A DNA stretch of 64,000 bases from an uncultured Fastidiosipila sp. (lineage in GTDB: Bacteria; Bacillota; Clostridia; Saccharofermentanales; Fastidiosipilaceae). The DNA lies in assembly GCA_947253875.1 (NCBI GenBank), contig CAMYAM010000006.1, forward strand, positions 34,604 through 98,603. Direction: 5' to 3'. Each line of letters begins with the position of its first letter. The first letter of the stretch is position 1. Of this stretch, positions 29,601-38,189 are shown one piece after another. Made by a program: the position numbers and the translations under genes. Under the pieces are notes generated by a model. The model was not told the origin of the DNA, ran no database searches, and was given only the letters and a program-made list of their open reading frames with translations.

Positions 29601-30831
29601 AATTGTAGAGACTGGTCAATCTACCAAGGCAATTACAACTATCTTTAATAGAATTTTACCAGAGTCAAAATTGGTATTTGTCAAAGCAAATCTAGTCTCA
29701 GATTTTAGATATAACGATGGTAAAAAATCTAAGGTTATTTCAGATCTAAACTTCCCTAAAGTTAGAGATCTAAATAGTTATCACCATGCTAAAGATGCCT
29801 ACTTAAATATTGTCGTAGGTAATGTTTATGATACTAAATTTACTGAAGGATTCTTCGAAAGTCTGAGAAACAAAGAACATCCTAAATATAACTTAGAAAG
29901 AATTTATGACAAAAATATAGCTGACAAAAATGGTGAACTGGTTTGGATTGCTGGCGAGAATGGTACAGTTGCAACTGTTAAGAAGTTCATGAACAGGAAT
30001 AATATTTTTGTTACATACAGGACTTTCAAGAGAACAGGCAAACTTTACGATGTTAATTTAAATAAGAAAGGTAGCGGTCAATATCCTATAAAAACTTCGG
30101 ATAAAAGACTTATGAACTTAGATAAATATGGTGGTTACAATGGTACTAAGGGAAGTCATTATTGTTTAGCAAAAATTAAAAAAGGTAAAAAGATTGAGTA
30201 TAAATTATTAACAGTACCAATGATTTTTGAAAATAGGAAAAGTATAAATGGTGAAACTTTAATTGAATATTATAAAAATCAAGGAGAAAATATTGCTGAA
30301 ATTGTAACTGATGATATAAAGATTAATACGATACTAGAAATTGAAGAAAATTTATATAGAATACAGAGCGATCATGATAAAAGTAGAATTATTTCGCCTG
30401 AATATTGTGTAGCTCATTATGGATTAAAGGAAGAAAAAATTATAAAAGATATTGAGAGAATTACATTAGGCAAAACAATAAGGAACGATATAAATGATAA
30501 AGTCTTGGATGATATTTATGATGGAATTAGATTAAAGTTAAACTCTGAAAAATTAAAAAAATATAGTTTCTATGAAGAATTGAATAACGATATGTTAGAT
30601 AATAAAGGTATATTTAATAAATTAACTATTAAAGAAAAATGTGAATGTATTATGAAAATAGTACAAATTATTAGTGGTATTAATCAAGAAACAGATTTAA
30701 GAATGATAAATTTGAAGAAAACAATAGGGAGAAAGGCTAGAAGTAGAACAATTAAAGGGAATAAATTACGTATCCTACACCAATCACCAACAGGATTCTA
30801 TAGTAGTTGGGAAGAGGTGAGTTTGGAGTAG
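26677..30831 (+). CDS. cas9: Cas9, type II-A (1384 aa)
   Basis: RuvC-I YYLGLDMGVGSVGWAV, arginine-rich bridge helix, HNH (DIDHIYPRSKTKDDSWNNLVLVSKKSNAMK), RuvC-III (HHAKDAYL). RBS ggaggg 5 nt before ATG 26677. An alternative ATG at 26725 is closer to the canonical Cas9 N-terminus. Confidence 0.93.
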   Translation: MAKKDNKVLFKFNEDKMKNVKEYYLGLDMGVGSVGWAVTDTNYNVIKKSQKSLWGSRLFEEAETAAGRRTYRSSRRRLNRRNQRIKLLQEYFAPAISKIDPGFYIRLKDSFFYEEDKTEQQKNTLFNDSSFTDKDYHLAYPTIYHLRKELIDNPKYHDPRLVYLACAHILKNRGHFLYGAQKFNTEALLEESIKDFNELYYEYFDIKLFNDEKIYEIESAILEKNLSRSGRAKTLEGLLNDKDKRAKKYCNLLVGNLAKIEDLFPEELEIEESQSKPKFSEGNYDEPDTQDYLLENLNEEQLAIVDEAYKIYSAAILQDLLSNKSGHKFSTISEARIDTYNQHKKDLKLLKEVVKGIEKENPSAKGLYNKIFKENTKKYKNYVAYSGHTSSDDKKEKIGVEEKTSYEDFSKFLKNNLSKYEKQDERIEEIIEQLDLNNFLPKITTTDNGVIPYQLHLDELEKILDNAKKYIEELNEKKADEIKQIFTFRIPYYVGPFDTRSEFSWIKRESFESIRPWNFNEVVDLDLSSERFIKEMTNKCTYLIGEDVLAKNSILYSEYMIRNQLNTLNYVSPVTKDIKRFDHETIEYLYEKLFVENTSVRVTKKAIANTLKNYNSIFADITSDSIGGMDLEIPHKLKALQDFNRICSGKLNNKEIDKIVEKITVFPDDSEMVARFIRKEEFSDKLTEEEIKKLSRLRYTDWAPLSEKFLTGIKTELNNGRKYSIIDILRKNPLNPNSPLNLMQIINLKEFNFSELIEEHNLGETNDPYVVDEELLDSLRLSAPVRRSINQTLLVCEDIFKIMGGTPKKIFVEMTRSEGEKGKRTTSRKKQIEKLYESIKTDLKDWYSIWKDKLKSIDDSEYQAKSIYLYAMQAGRDMYSGQVIDEPRNLEAYDIDHIYPRSKTKDDSWNNLVLVSKKSNAMKGDKVLSEEIQNKNKDYWQMLLDKGFMSEEKYRRLTRKTELDGEELRSFVNRQIVETGQSTKAITTIFNRILPESKLVFVKANLVSDFRYNDGKKSKVISDLNFPKVRDLNSYHHAKDAYLNIVVGNVYDTKFTEGFFESLRNKEHPKYNLERIYDKNIADKNGELVWIAGENGTVATVKKFMNRNNIFVTYRTFKRTGKLYDVNLNKKGSGQYPIKTSDKRLMNLDKYGGYNGTKGSHYCLAKIKKGKKIEYKLLTVPMIFENRKSINGETLIEYYKNQGENIAEIVTDDIKINTILEIEENLYRIQSDHDKSRIISPEYCVAHYGLKEEKIIKDIERITLGKTIRNDINDKVLDDIYDGIRLKLNSEKLKKYSFYEELNNDMLDNKGIFNKLTIKEKCECIMKIVQIISGINQETDLRMINLKKTIGRKARSRTIKGNKLRILHQSPTGFYSSWEEVSLE

Positions 30832-30837
30832 TTTAAC

Positions 30838-31719
30838 ATGTCTTGGAGAACAGTATACATTAGTAATCACTGTAAACTTGAGTATCGTATGGGATACATG
30901 GTGATAAGGACAAAAGATATTAAGAGGATCCATATAAGCGAGATAGGTACTCTTTTAATTGATAGCACTGCTGTATCAATGACCACATCTTTAATTAACG
31001 AGCTAATTAAGGCTAAGGTTAAGCTCATATTTTGTGATGAAGCTCATAATCCAAGTGGTGAATTAGTGCCTTATTATGGTGCATATGATTCTAGTAGAGC
31101 TTTACGAAAACAATTAGCATGGTCAGAAGATATCAAGGGAAAGCTATGGCAAGCTATAGTTAGAGATAAAATACTAAAACAATCTCAACTATTATCGAGG
31201 CACAATCTATTGTCAGAGTCTGAATTAATTAAATCGTATATACCTTTTGTCGAACCAGGGGATGAAAGCAATAGGGAAGGACATGCTGCGAAAGTCTATT
31301 TTAATATCATATTTGGTCAAGATTTTGTAAGACATGAAGATGGAATAATTAATGCTGCCTTAGACTATGGATATTCATTATTGCTATCAAGTTTTAATAA
31401 AGAAGTTGTGGCAAAAGGTAGACTCACTCAGCTAGGTATATGGCATGATAACACCTTTAACTATTTCAATTTATCTTCAGACTTAATGGAAGCTTTTAGA
31501 CCGTTGATAGACAATTATATTCTCAATATGGGATTTGAAGATGGATCCGAATTAACTGTTGAAGACAAAATTAATCTAGTTGGAGTATTAGAGTCTGAAG
31601 TAATGATAAATGGAAGGATATTTAAACTTCCTGATGCAATCAAACTGTATGTAAATGAAGTAATGAAAGTTTTGGATAAAGAGGACATGGCTTATATGCC
31701 AGTTATAACTTATGGCTAG
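30838..31719 (+). CDS. cas1: Cas1 (type II)
   Basis: MSWRTVYISNHCKLEY…, typical type II Cas1 N-terminus and length. Immediately downstream of cas9. Confidence 0.9.
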   Translation: MSWRTVYISNHCKLEYRMGYMVIRTKDIKRIHISEIGTLLIDSTAVSMTTSLINELIKAKVKLIFCDEAHNPSGELVPYYGAYDSSRALRKQLAWSEDIKGKLWQAIVRDKILKQSQLLSRHNLLSESELIKSYIPFVEPGDESNREGHAAKVYFNIIFGQDFVRHEDGIINAALDYGYSLLLSSFNKEVVAKGRLTQLGIWHDNTFNYFNLSSDLMEAFRPLIDNYILNMGFEDGSELTVEDKINLVGVLESEVMINGRIFKLPDAIKLYVNEVMKVLDKEDMAYMPVITYG

Positions 31720-32029
31720 ATATATGAGAGTAATAGTGTTTTTTGATTTACCTTCAGTAACAAAGACGGATAAAAAAGAATACCTTAATTTTAGGAAGTT
31801 CTTAATAAATTCAGGATTTCAGATGATGCAAGAATCTGTTTATATAAAACTGACGCTGAACACTACTAGTGCAGATGTTGTAATTAAACAGATAAAGAAT
31901 AATAAGCCTAAAAAAGGTCTAGTCCAAGCAATGATAATCACCGAGAAACAATATTCAAGGATAGAGAATATTGTTGGAGAGGTAGAGAAAGAAGTACTCG
32001 ATACTGGTGATAGATTGGTAATTATATGA
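31712..32029 (+). CDS. cas2: Cas2
   Basis: (MARY)MRVIVFFDLPSVTKTDKKEYLNFRKFL, a Cas2 signature. Overlaps the cas1 stop. The true start may be ATG 31724. Confidence 0.88.
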   Translation: MARYMRVIVFFDLPSVTKTDKKEYLNFRKFLINSGFQMMQESVYIKLTLNTTSADVVIKQIKNNKPKKGLVQAMIITEKQYSRIENIVGEVEKEVLDTGDRLVII

Positions 32030-32724
32030 GTTATAGATTGATTTATAGTGATTTTGATAAGCCTATCCTTCTAGAAGAAGATAAGTTCACGGTCCTAAAA
32101 ATAGAAGACAAAGACATTTATTATAAGTTTTTAAAAGACTTGTACTCTCAATATAATCGAGGTGGTGAGTGTTTTAATTTATCCAAAAATAATAAGAGCT
32201 TGAGACTTGAGAAGGAATCTTTATGGATTAACAATTTATTTGATTTAGAAGTTAACTCTCGTACTAGATTAAGGAAACTCTATGCTGAGTTAGAACAAAA
32301 TATTAATCGTACAGAATTAAATGAAAAGGTTCTGAATCTATGGTTGAATATAGAGGAGCTTATAAATAATTATATTATCCTAGAAGGAAACTTAGAAAGC
32401 AAAGATGAGTTTCTAGGAATAGCTCCAATTCTTGAGCTTATGGGAGTTCAATTCTATGATGATTTCGATGAAAGCCTAATAGATAGATTAGAAAACTTTA
32501 TGATATTAAACAGAGATTATTCTAGCATTAAGCTTTTTGTATTAAATAATGCATCTAGTGTTTTAAATATAGAAGAGATTCAAGAGTTACAAATGTTCTC
32601 AAATAGAGAAGATATTAGTATTTTGTATTTAGATTCTGAATTTGATTTTAATACTTTAAGTAGTGGCTATAGAGGCTTAATTGTTGATGAAGATCTCTGT
32701 TATATAGAGATAACTGAACCTTGA
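32026..32724 (+). CDS. csn2: Csn2 (short form), type II-A signature protein
   Basis: 232-aa protein in the csn2 position, with 4-nt overlap with cas2. N-terminus MSYRLIYSDFDKPILLEEDKF is typical of the Csn2 family. Confidence 0.8.
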   Translation: MSYRLIYSDFDKPILLEEDKFTVLKIEDKDIYYKFLKDLYSQYNRGGECFNLSKNNKSLRLEKESLWINNLFDLEVNSRTRLRKLYAELEQNINRTELNEKVLNLWLNIEELINNYIILEGNLESKDEFLGIAPILELMGVQFYDDFDESLIDRLENFMILNRDYSSIKLFVLNNASSVLNIEEIQELQMFSNREDISILYLDSEFDFNTLSSGYRGLIVDEDLCYIEITEP

Positions 32725-32782
32725 AAATTTAATATAAGCTAGATATAATTACACTATTAGTTTTAACAATCTCTTATTTGAG
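32725..32782 (+). promoter_or_regulatory. CRISPR leader (AT-rich, between csn2 and first repeat)
   Basis: 58-bp AT-rich segment abutting repeat 1. The degenerate terminal repeat is at the far end, consistent with the leader being here. Confidence 0.6.
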
Positions 32783-33969
32783 GTTTGAGAGATGTGTTAT
32801 TTCTAATAGGTCTTAAACATCGCATTCTCCACTGAATCGCCTTTCGTAGTTTGAGAGATGTGTTATTTCTAATAGGTCTTAAACTAAGTTTATTTTGTAA
32901 TTGTCACGCTCTAAGTTTGAGAGATGTGTTATTTCTAATAGGTCTTAAACTCATTCTTTCTGGATCATCTAAGAAGGCTTTGTTTGAGAGATGTGTTATT
33001 TCTAATAGGTCTTAAACAGTACACCTTATGCTAGACGTCTATATTTGTTTGAGAGATGTGTTATTTCTAATAGGTCTTAAACTACAAAACTAAGTAAGCT
33101 ACTTGAAGCAGAGTTTGAGAGATGTGTTATTTCTAATAGGTCTTAAACAGCTGTTTTAAACGGATAATGAAAAAGATTGTTTGAGAGATGTGTTATTTCT
33201 AATAGGTCTTAAACGTAAGTGGTGTCTTGGTAGTGTTCGTTATAGTTTGAGAGATGTGTTATTTCTAATAGGTCTTAAACTTTATCTTTTACCACACCAT
33301 CTTTAAACATGTTTGAGAGATGTGTTATTTCTAATAGGTCTTAAACTTAATGAGTTAAAAGAGGGTGGCAGGAATCGTTTGAGAGATGTGTTATTTCTAA
33401 TAGGTCTTAAACTCTATAACTGAAATTAGAAGTTGGTCTTCTGTTTGAGAGATGTGTTATTTCTAATAGGTCTTAAACAATGGCAGGAATGCATACGTTA
33501 TGGAACTAGTTTGAGAGATGTGTTATTTCTAATAGGTCTTAAACCTTTAGCTTTAATTTGTTCTTGCATTTGGTGTTTGAGAGATGTGTTATTTCTAATA
33601 GGTCTTAAACTTGATAAGATGGGTCCAGCTGGTGCTGCAGGTTTGAGAGATGTGTTATTTCTAATAGGTCTTAAACTCACATCCAACTGACATAGGTCTT
33701 AAACTCACATCCAACTGACAATAGAAATTTTTTCTGTTTGAGAGATGTGTTATTTCTAATAGGTCTTAAACAGAGAGAGAGGGAGAGATAGATAAAAAGT
33801 CGTTTGAGAGATGTGTTATTTCTAATAGGTCTTAAACTCGTTGTATCCTGTTCTATCTATATGGTTTGTTTGAGAGATGTGTTATTTCTAGTAGGTCTTA
33901 AACTGGTTAATCTATCGGCTCGGTCTTGACCGTGTTTGAGAGATGTGTTATTTCTCACTTGGTTTCTCC
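32783..33969 (+). CRISPR. CRISPR array, 36-bp repeat GTTTGAGAGATGTGTTATTTCTAATAGGTCTTAAAC; 17 full repeats + degenerate terminal repeat; spacers 29-31 bp plus one aberrant 59-bp unit
   Basis: Repeat starts read at 32783, 32849, 32915, 32982, 33047, 33113, 33179, 33245, 33311, 33377, 33443, 33509, 33575, 33641, 33736, 33802 and 33868 (A-to-G variant ctaGtagg). The terminal repeat at 33934 matches only the first ~22 nt. Confidence 0.95.
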
Positions 33970-34204
33970 CAGTATCTTAAAAACACCTCACTCCACCCCA
34001 ATTCGATAGAAAAATCAACTCCAGGTTGATAAAAATTTCAAAAATTAAATTACCAGTCGCTTTTTAAAAAATTTTAATCGCATATAATTAAAGACAATAA
34101 AACAGTTGTAAAGATAAATTTATCTAAGTGACATAAAAACTCAAAAGACAGGAACAACAACCAGCGAGGAATAGTTCTAGATCCACATAGAAAAGGAGAA
34201 AACC

Positions 34205-36007
34205 ATGAGAAAAAGCGACTTAAATACAAAAACAAATCAGCTTTCTCAAGAAAGTTTAAAAGCAAAAGCAAATCAGCCTGCTCAAGAATCTTTACACAAA
34301 AAAGATACTTCGACCAAGAAAACTTTAATTAGTCAATTCTATAGGAGCAATAAAAAATATTACGCTGCATCAATATTAACAGCAATACTATCAGCATCAT
34401 TAGGTATTATCTTATCTTGGATATTGCAACAATTAGCTGACGTAGCAACGAATTCCTCATTGTTAAGTTTCCAGCAAGTGATTATAGTTTTAGCGATATT
34501 TGTGCTGTTCGTAGTAGTTATTGAATTTAGCGATGCTCGCATATTTCCTAAATATGTAAGAAATGCCTCAGTTAATTATAAGAATTATATTTTGGCAAGG
34601 ATTATGAACAAAGGCATTACAGATTTCAGTAGCGAAGATTCATCTAGATATGTTACAACGTTGACTACAGATGCTACCTCAATAGAAGATAAGTACATTA
34701 AGAGCAACATTAACATTTTGACATATGTAGTTAATTTCTTTGGTGCCTTGGGAATGATGATTTATTACTCACCATTATTGACTTTAGTTTCTGCAGTCTT
34801 AACGGTCTTGCCAATCATTGCTTCCATGATTACAGGTAACAAATTAATCGAGGTAGAGAAAAATATTTCTCAGAGAAATGCGGGTTTTATTGCTACAATT
34901 TCAGACTTTACCAAAGGTTTCCCACTTGTAAAAAACTTCAAGGCAGAAGCTCCAGTCTTAAATAATCTCCTGAAAAGCAATATCGAATTAGAAAATGACA
35001 AAGAGTCTGGATATATTACCAAACTTAATGTAAGAGCAATTTCTGGTATCGCGGGAATAATTTCTCAACTAGGGGTAGCTTTGTTTTCCGTTTACTTAGT
35101 TCTACAGAATGATGGTTTCACTCTAGGTATGATGATAGTTTTCGTTAACCTAATGAACTATATAATTCAGCCTATAGCTAATCTTCCTGGAATTATTTCT
35201 GAGAGAAAAGCAGCCTTAGCACTGGTAGAAAAAGCTGCTGATTTAATTGATTCAAGTGCAGTTGTTGAAGGCGATGAAGATCTAGAAAAATTACAAAATT
35301 CAATTCGCTTAGAAGATGTAAACTTCGCCTATGAAGAAGATAGGACAATTCTCAAAAATGTTAATCTGCAGTTCAAAAAAGGCAAAAGTTACGCCTTGGT
35401 AGGAGCGAGTGGCTCTGGTAAATCAACGTTGCTTAAGCTATTAATGAGCGAAGTTAGACCAGATGCAGGCAGAATTCTCTATGACGATATAGATTTAAAT
35501 ACTGCTAGACTTGACTCAGTTTACGAAGAGATCAGTATGATCCAACAAAACGTGTTTATTTTCAACGCTTCTATATTGGATAACATTACAATGTTCCAGG
35601 ATTTCCCTGCAGCTGAAGTTCAAGAAGTTATTAAAAGATCTTCTCTAGATAAATTGATTGCAGAGAAGGGTATGGATTACCTTTGTGGTGAAAATGGTAA
35701 AAATCTCTCCGGTGGTGAGAAGCAAAGGATTTCTATAGCGAGAGCCTTGCTCAAAGATTCATCAATAATTCTAACTGATGAAGCTACTTCTTCCTTGGAC
35801 AAAGAAACTAGTTACCAAATTACCAAGGATATTTTAAGCTTGACTGAGAAGACAAGAATTATGGTTACACATACTTTGGATGAAAGCTTATTGAAAATGT
35901 ATGATCAGATAGTAGTTCTTAGAGATGGAAAAGTAGTAGAACAAGGAAGTTTCGAAGAGTTACTTGCTAATGACAATTACTTCAAGAGCTTCTATAGCAT
36001 ATCCTAA
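34205..36007 (+). CDS. ABC exporter, fused TMD-NBD, with N-terminal repeat-containing extension
   Basis: 6 TM, then Walker A GASGSGKST, signature LSGGEKQRISIARAL, Walker B ILTDEATSSLD. The N-terminal ~60 aa contain NQLSQESL/NQPAQESL repeats. RBS aaaggaga. Confidence 0.8.
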   Translation: MRKSDLNTKTNQLSQESLKAKANQPAQESLHKKDTSTKKTLISQFYRSNKKYYAASILTAILSASLGIILSWILQQLADVATNSSLLSFQQVIIVLAIFVLFVVVIEFSDARIFPKYVRNASVNYKNYILARIMNKGITDFSSEDSSRYVTTLTTDATSIEDKYIKSNINILTYVVNFFGALGMMIYYSPLLTLVSAVLTVLPIIASMITGNKLIEVEKNISQRNAGFIATISDFTKGFPLVKNFKAEAPVLNNLLKSNIELENDKESGYITKLNVRAISGIAGIISQLGVALFSVYLVLQNDGFTLGMMIVFVNLMNYIIQPIANLPGIISERKAALALVEKAADLIDSSAVVEGDEDLEKLQNSIRLEDVNFAYEEDRTILKNVNLQFKKGKSYALVGASGSGKSTLLKLLMSEVRPDAGRILYDDIDLNTARLDSVYEEISMIQQNVFIFNASILDNITMFQDFPAAEVQEVIKRSSLDKLIAEKGMDYLCGENGKNLSGGEKQRISIARALLKDSSIILTDEATSSLDKETSYQITKDILSLTEKTRIMVTHTLDESLLKMYDQIVVLRDGKVVEQGSFEELLANDNYFKSFYSIS

Positions 36008-36054
36008 TTTTGTGTAGCTCAACAAAATTTCTCCAACATATCTATTAGCAAAAA

Positions 36055-36096
36055 CAAAGAAGCTCAACCTACAAGTTGAGCTTCCTCATTCTTTTA
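36055..36096. terminator. Terminator hairpin between convergent ABC exporter and ligase genes
   Basis: gaagctcaacctacaagttgagcttc followed by ctcattctttt. Confidence 0.55.
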
Positions 36097-36134
36097 ATAT
36101 AAAAAACTACATTGAGATATTAATGATATTTAGA

Positions 36135-37982
36135 TTAAATATTTCTTTGTTCTTTATTTCTAAGTATCTTACGTGAGGTGTTTCTTGGGAAAGGTTCTGC
36201 ACGTAGGACTATATTTTTAATTTTCTTGAAGTTTTGTAGTTCTTTATTGGTTTTGTCTACTGCTGCTTTGACTATTTCTCTGGCAACATTCCCTGTTAAT
36301 ATGGCAATGTCTATATCTCTAGTATTTAACTCTAGAAGCTTAGCGAGTTCGTCAGCATTAGGGAATACCTCTGCAGTAATAATTTGCTCGCCGTATTCAT
36401 CTCTTTCGCCATAGACAACTACTTCTTCTATAATTTTTTCTTTAAGAAGTACGAATTCAATTTCTTCAGGGAAAATATTTTTACCGTTTTTGGTAACAAT
36501 AATGTTTGCCTTACGACCAGTAATATAGATGAAACCTCTATCATCAATATAGCCGTAGTCACCTGTATGGTAAAAACCCTCTGAGTCAATAGCTTCTGCA
36601 GTTTTTTCAGGATCTTCGTAGTAACCGAGCATGACGTTTGGTCCACGAGCGATAATTTCTCCTACACCATTCTCATCTTCGTTGATTATTTTAACTTCGA
36701 CATTTGGTGCTGGTAAACCAGCTGATGCGTGATCTTTGTAATCAGGGCGGTTATTAGCAATTAGAGGGGAGCACTCAGTTACACCATAACCTTGAATTGC
36801 TGTAATTCCCCAGTCATTGAAATCTGCTAAGATTTGAGGCTCAATCGCTGCACCACCACAGATGAGTAAGCGTAAATGTCCACCTAAACCCTCATGGATT
36901 TCTGCGAAAATTTTATCGCTGAAATTTAGTTTAATTTTATTTAAAGCTTTGGCCAAGGTTAAACCTAGTTTGTACTTCTTAGCTATCTTAGCGTTGCCTG
37001 TAGCTTTACGTAAAATTGTTTTGTGTAGATTTTCTAACAACAAAGGAACTGCAATTAGGACTGAAGTTTTGGATTGCTTTAAGTTTTTGGCAATATAGCG
37101 TAAACCATCATTAATTGCAATTTTGCAACCAATTGATAGTGGTAGAAGGAAACCTCCTGTAGCTTCGAAGCTGTGATGAAGTGGGAGAACTGACAATAGA
37201 GTATCATTTTTATCAAAATATACAGTTTGACTTGCATTATACACATTAACACAGAGGTTATCATGGCAGAGCATTACGGCTTTTGATTTAGCAGTTGTAC
37301 CAGAGGTAAATAGCAATACAGCTAAGGCACGAGGGTCAATAAGCAAGTTATCGTATTGTGTATTTCCGTTTTCTCTTATTGAATTGCCGGTATTAATTAA
37401 GTCCCAGAAGAAGAATAGATTTTTGTCCGCACCAGCCAAGCTAGAGCTTTTCTCTGTTGGCAGGTTATAAGAAATTAAATTTTTGATTTGCTTAATATTA
37501 TCAGCAATGTTTATTAATTTATCCTCTTGTGAGCGTGAGAAGAATATTGTGTTTGCACCTGAACGGTTGATCAAGTTTTCAACTTCATTAGCAGGGAGCT
37601 CTTTGTCCATCGGTACAATAACAGCCAACCCACAGACAGTTGCCAGATAAGTAACATACCACTCGTAGCGAGTCTCTGCGAGGATAATTACTTTATCATC
37701 TTTCTTTATGCCTAAGTTGAGTAGAGCAGAGCCCAAAGCTTTACGATCCTCATTAAATTGTCGATATGTTAGAGCACGATACTCATCATCTGGATTTACT
37801 TTGAAGTTCATTGCTGATTCAGATCTAGGATTTAATTCACGTAAGGCAACTGGATCTTTGAGCAGAAAGGCAATTTCATCTGCATATAAGTTTGCACTTC
37901 TCTCTATCATTTCTCGTAAATCTCTTGATCTATAGGCTTCATATAATGGATATGCATATATTTTTTCGTCGTTTTGGAACAC
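36135..37982 (-). CDS. Long-chain fatty-acid--CoA ligase-like AMP-binding enzyme (paralogue 1 of 3)
   Basis: ACSL/FadD-like: AMP-binding motif LFTSGTTAKSKAVML, YGVTE, GYYEDPEKTAEAI, YHTGDYGYIDDRGFIYITGRKANIIVTKNGKNIFPEEIE. Confidence 0.75.
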   Translation of the reverse strand: MFQNDEKIYAYPLYEAYRSRDLREMIERSANLYADEIAFLLKDPVALRELNPRSESAMNFKVNPDDEYRALTYRQFNEDRKALGSALLNLGIKKDDKVIILAETRYEWYVTYLATVCGLAVIVPMDKELPANEVENLINRSGANTIFFSRSQEDKLINIADNIKQIKNLISYNLPTEKSSSLAGADKNLFFFWDLINTGNSIRENGNTQYDNLLIDPRALAVLLFTSGTTAKSKAVMLCHDNLCVNVYNASQTVYFDKNDTLLSVLPLHHSFEATGGFLLPLSIGCKIAINDGLRYIAKNLKQSKTSVLIAVPLLLENLHKTILRKATGNAKIAKKYKLGLTLAKALNKIKLNFSDKIFAEIHEGLGGHLRLLICGGAAIEPQILADFNDWGITAIQGYGVTECSPLIANNRPDYKDHASAGLPAPNVEVKIINEDENGVGEIIARGPNVMLGYYEDPEKTAEAIDSEGFYHTGDYGYIDDRGFIYITGRKANIIVTKNGKNIFPEEIEFVLLKEKIIEEVVVYGERDEYGEQIITAEVFPNADELAKLLELNTRDIDIAILTGNVAREIVKAAVDKTNKELQNFKKIKNIVLRAEPFPRNTSRKILRNKEQRNI

Positions 37983-38189
37983 GGTTCACCTTCTTTCTGG
38001 TAGAAAAATTATCTTAAATTCGTAGGTCTTTAATTCATTAAAGTATTTATTGTTAATGTTTAAATTATTCTAAATATAATTATAACAAATTACTTTGACT
38101 ATCAAAGTAATTTTCATGCGGAATAAAACTCCATACTCATAAATTCATGAAAATTTAATAAATATGGAGTTGAGGTTAATCACTTAATC

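Noticed and set aside
26725-30831. Alternative cas9 start at ATG 26725 (MKNVKEYYLGLD…), which matches typical Cas9 N-termini better
   Set aside because: Not discarded outright. The strong GGAGGG RBS is positioned for ATG 26677, whereas 26725 has only a weak purine stretch. I kept 26677 but flag the uncertainty.
33433-33690. ORFs of 85 aa (+) and 62 aa (-) inside the CRISPR array
   Set aside because: Their 'protein' sequences are periodic translations of the 36-bp repeat (…RDVLFLIGLK… repeated). They are artefacts of the repeat structure.
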